Shown piece after piece: positions 60,227 to 64,000 of a stretch of 64,000 nucleotides of DNA; the first letter of the stretch is position 1; each line of letters opens with the position of its first letter. Location: contig NMRA01000008.1 of assembly GCA_002633005.1 (NCBI GenBank), positions 440,985 through 504,984 on the forward strand. The letters run 5' to 3'. The stretch comes from Phoronis australis (taxonomy: Eukaryota > Animalia > Phoronida). A model generated the notes under the pieces. It had not been told where the DNA came from. It ran no database searches and worked only from the letters and a program-made list of their open reading frames with translations. The position numbers and the translations under genes are program-made.

Positions 60227-63200
60227 GTGGCAGTGAAATAAGAGATTGAAAGTGATCTTCACAATCACCCAATTAATACATATTAGATTAATAAATCTTT
60301 TAAGCAAAAGATTCTTAAGGCTTGCCCCATCCGATCAAAATAAAGTTTAATTTTACTCCATAAAGCCCAATTTGTAAAATAGGGCACATGTCCCCAAGTT
60401 ATCCACGATGTCGCCGGTTGTTTGCTTGGTAAAAATGTCCCACAATGCATTTAAAAAATGACAACAACGCCTTCAGTTGAGGAAGATTTGAAGTTGATGA
60501 AACCCACCGAATTTGCTCAGTGCTGGGCATTGTGGATTAGAAAATTTGGAGCTGTCCATTATTGGTGGTTAATGTGAGAGTGATAACTGAATATTTTATG
60601 AGGGATGTTAGTAATGCTTAGTGCAATGAAGATAATGAACTTGTCAAGGAAGGATGTTAAGTTTCATCAAGTCATTGTTGAAAATTGTTTTGACGTAGCT
60701 TTATTTTGAGTTAATGTATTTTTACAAAATGATAGGCCTTTTGAACAAATATAACATACAGTCATTTGTTCAGGTTACCAGTAAGTTAGTAACCCTGTGA
60801 AAATGTCATAATTTGTCCGATTTTAGAATATTGTATGTCAGAAAAGGTTTCCAGTCCTCTTACGGTTCATTGGACAATAAAACTTGTAGTGCTTATCAAT
60901 ACATCAAATCTTGTAAAAAATTTGGAGTTTTGACATTAAAACGTCTGATCATTGCCAATGAATTGAAGATATTCGTTTGCCAGTTGATTTTCTGTCACAT
61001 GTTATTGTGATAGGTGACACAAGATTGTGTATAGTATGCAAGTGTAGCAATTTAATTTATTTTGTGGTTTAAATTTGAATAGTTCGGCTGGTTTGATGTA
61101 TTTTCAAAGTCAGCCCCAGATTACTTGGTTTAGTTGTTTTCAAGTTGAGATTTCTTGGTATTTGGTGCTGGAGAACATTCCGATCTTTCTAACATGGTTG
61201 ACAATAACACTGCAACCGTTACAAATCCACTTTATTTGCGAGAGAAGAATCTTTGGTTTGAAAACAAAAACAAAATATTTTTTTCATCAAAATTGCATTC
61301 GATATAGGTCGTTCATCTCTCATGTGCATCACATCAAATAAAACATTTTGCCAAAAAATGTACTTAGCAACCACTGTCATAGGACTGGGTTCAGGGTGAC
61401 GGGAAGAAAAAATATGTTGAGGTCAGTCTAGAAAAGAAGATTTTTACTGAAGTCGCATTTGATGATTTTTTAAATGTCGTGCTTAGCAAAGCCAGTTTAG
61501 GTTATATTTGAGTGATGTGCCAACTTCCTGTTTTGTTTTGTTCTTTTCGTTTGGTTGTTAGAATAGAATATTCTGTATGGCTTTGAATTGAATATGCAAA
61601 TAGACTGATTAAACTAGAGCATTGTTACATGTTAACTCTTGTGTTGTCTAATTAGTTTTATGCAATTGTGAGTGCTAATGTGTCGAAACAGATCTATTTT
61701 TTTTGGAGGGGGGTCTTAGTGATCCGCATATGTACTCCTTGACATGGCTGATCTGATTCGTATGAAACTTTCAGATTTAGTGCTTCATGGGTTGTTCTCC
61801 AAAACTCTGTTAGGAACTGTTCTTAAAATTTTCCACTTCAGCATCAAAGCTATCAAAAATAGGATTTTCAGGATTGCTACGAAATGTAAATGTGGTTAAA
61901 ACAAAAAACGAAATGATAATTTTAGAAAACTGTAACAGGGATTTTGAGATTTTATTTTGAAAATTTTGTATCATATGAAATTTGGTCATGGTATTGATAG
62001 GGTTGGTTTGCTAGGGATGTACGTTTCTTTTCTGTTAAATTTTATTAAGAAGACATGGTCACGTGACCCAATTACCAGCAGATTGGTATCCAAATTCTAC
62101 AGGCTTTCTTCTTTTAGATTTTTTTGTGAATAGAAATGTATGTATAGTCCCGATAAGTCGACATGGCCTTACATGACCTCAACATTTCCTTTCAATTAGA
62201 CCACACAAACTTACCGACGAAGAATCTTCTAAAGGCACTTTCAGTGATTATCAAGTCTGGTTAAAATCACAAACCTCGACTAGAGCAAACCTAGTCCATT
62301 TTAGAATTACACCAAAATCTTAACGTTAACTCGTGCTATTAATGTTTTCCTATTCGACCTTACAAAAAAATTTTAAATGGCGCAGTTTTCGGTGTTAATA
62401 GATGGGTTCGTATTCTATGTCCGTACCTTGGTGAACGTCACGTGATTATCTGTGAGTCTTTGGATATAAGCCATTGTGTTCAAGAACGGGTCATAAGAGC
62501 GAGTGGAGACTGTATATATAGATGCATTTGGTATGTATATATTGTGATATCTGAAAGCAGTGGCAAATTCTGTATCAGCTGCCTGCGTGGGCTGTATTGT
62601 CTTGAGAGCATGAGAATGGATTTTTATTAAAAGAAGATTTACATCTAAATTGTCTCGTTTGTGCTTTCACTGTCGAAGTGACATTTGTCCATAAACCCGC
62701 GTTTCCCGTCAAGAATACAACTTTTTTATTTAAATCACTTGGCACACTATAAAGTTGGTCGAAATTACTTGTTCCTTTTTCATAGTTGAAATCGAAAGTT
62801 GGTTTCTTTGGTGGGAAAACGGGTTTGTGGTCGCATTTCCAAATGTCTTTTAGACTGTTTTGTATTCCTACACATAATTATTAAAGCGGCCACCACTTAA
62901 AAATTGAAGCGTGTGCGACTGATTGGACGCTCAAGTATCACTAAAGACTTGAAATCTCGGTGTCATTAGTTGCCAATTCCATTGAAAAGTCGCCAGCGTT
63001 TTTTTTTTCACAAATGGTAACATGTAACGAAGTAAAATACGGGAGTAAACATTCATTTTTGGACTTTGTCCATGCCATGTTTTAATATGGCGAATTGAAA
63101 TGCGTTCCCACTGCGTGAATAAACTAATACACGAGAGTTTTGTGTTGCATAAGTCGTTGGAAAAGAACTCTCATGATGAGACCATCCATACGGTTCAGAC

Positions 63201-64000
63201 GCAATGCAACATTTTGTCCAGGAGGTCCGATAAGGGACAAACCTGCATGCTTGACTTTCCTTCTGTACATGAATGTGAAAGACGACCGAACGGGGAACAG
63301 GTCCGGAACCGCCTCTTGATCCGCACTTTCGCCGGGTTCGTGGAAGCGGAAGACGAAGCGACTGGCTTCCCTGTGTGCAGTCTTCTGGCAATGAAGATGC
63401 TGCTTGGAGCCGTTGAAACACTCAAAAGGCGTCGCTTCTGGCCATCTTCAGTGGAAGTAAGCCAAGTGTAAAGCCGGTTTTGGCCTATTAACAGAGTCTG
63501 CTATTAAAAACGTGCGACTTACCCATCCAGTTCTCTGAAACAAAATAATGTTCTGCAAACCTCGACAACTCTCAAAAGTTTGAAAGAAATTTTAAAAAAT
63601 CCTTTCAAAGTCTGCAAAACGGGCAATAACCTACGCTTTTAGCGAATTACACGGCAACTGTGAGAAAAGACCACCATGCAACCAAAAACCGAGATGACTG
63701 TTTCTTGCCTTTGACGTGGAATATTGACGCAAATGATGCATTAGAAGGTAACAGAACGAGGACTGGTGGAAATCATCAAAACGGTGCTTCTTGCAAAGTA
63801 GGCCTATTCATTGTTTGCTAGTCCACTAAACCTACTAAGACAACTTTATGTTAAGCCGTATTTCATCCAGTTTCGCTGGCTAAAATCGAGAATCGAATTG
63901 GGCATTTTACTCTCACAAAATCGGTCTCATAATAATCCTTCACAGTGATGGGATTCCATTTCAGGTACAATCCCAAGTCAGAAGCACTGCAATATGTACA

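Overview
Eukaryotic (metazoan, probably marine invertebrate/lophotrochozoan) genomic DNA that is AT-rich, intron-rich and littered with MITEs. I reconstructed five genes by hand from GT-AG junctions and frame continuity. (1) The last four exons of a K+-dependent Na+/Ca2+ exchanger (SLC24/NCKX, +). (2) A six-exon BNIP3/NIX mitophagy receptor (-), mostly invisible in the ORF track. (3) A nine-exon BRCT-containing X-family polymerase of the Pol mu/TdT clade (-). (4) An intronless DHX38/PRP16 helicase (-). (5) A twelve-exon LETM1 (+), head-to-head with DHX38. Most striking points: the intronless DHX38 ORF ends about 300 bp upstream of the Pol mu/TdT start codon, with a splice acceptor but no room for a promoter and no canonical poly(A) signal in between, suggesting a nested retrogene with a shared promoter or a bicistronic unit. 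The polymerase mixes TdT-, Pol mu- and Pol lambda-type signature residues. BNIP3 intron 1 holds a Kolobok-type transposon (TTAA TSD, about 148-bp TIRs) with convergent THAP and P2X7-tail-like (KolX) ORFs, both running into an assembly gap. Several MITE families, a pogo-type deletion derivative, a LINE remnant, minisatellites and a perfect 30-bp hairpin are also present. All homology calls are from motif recognition; no searches were run.
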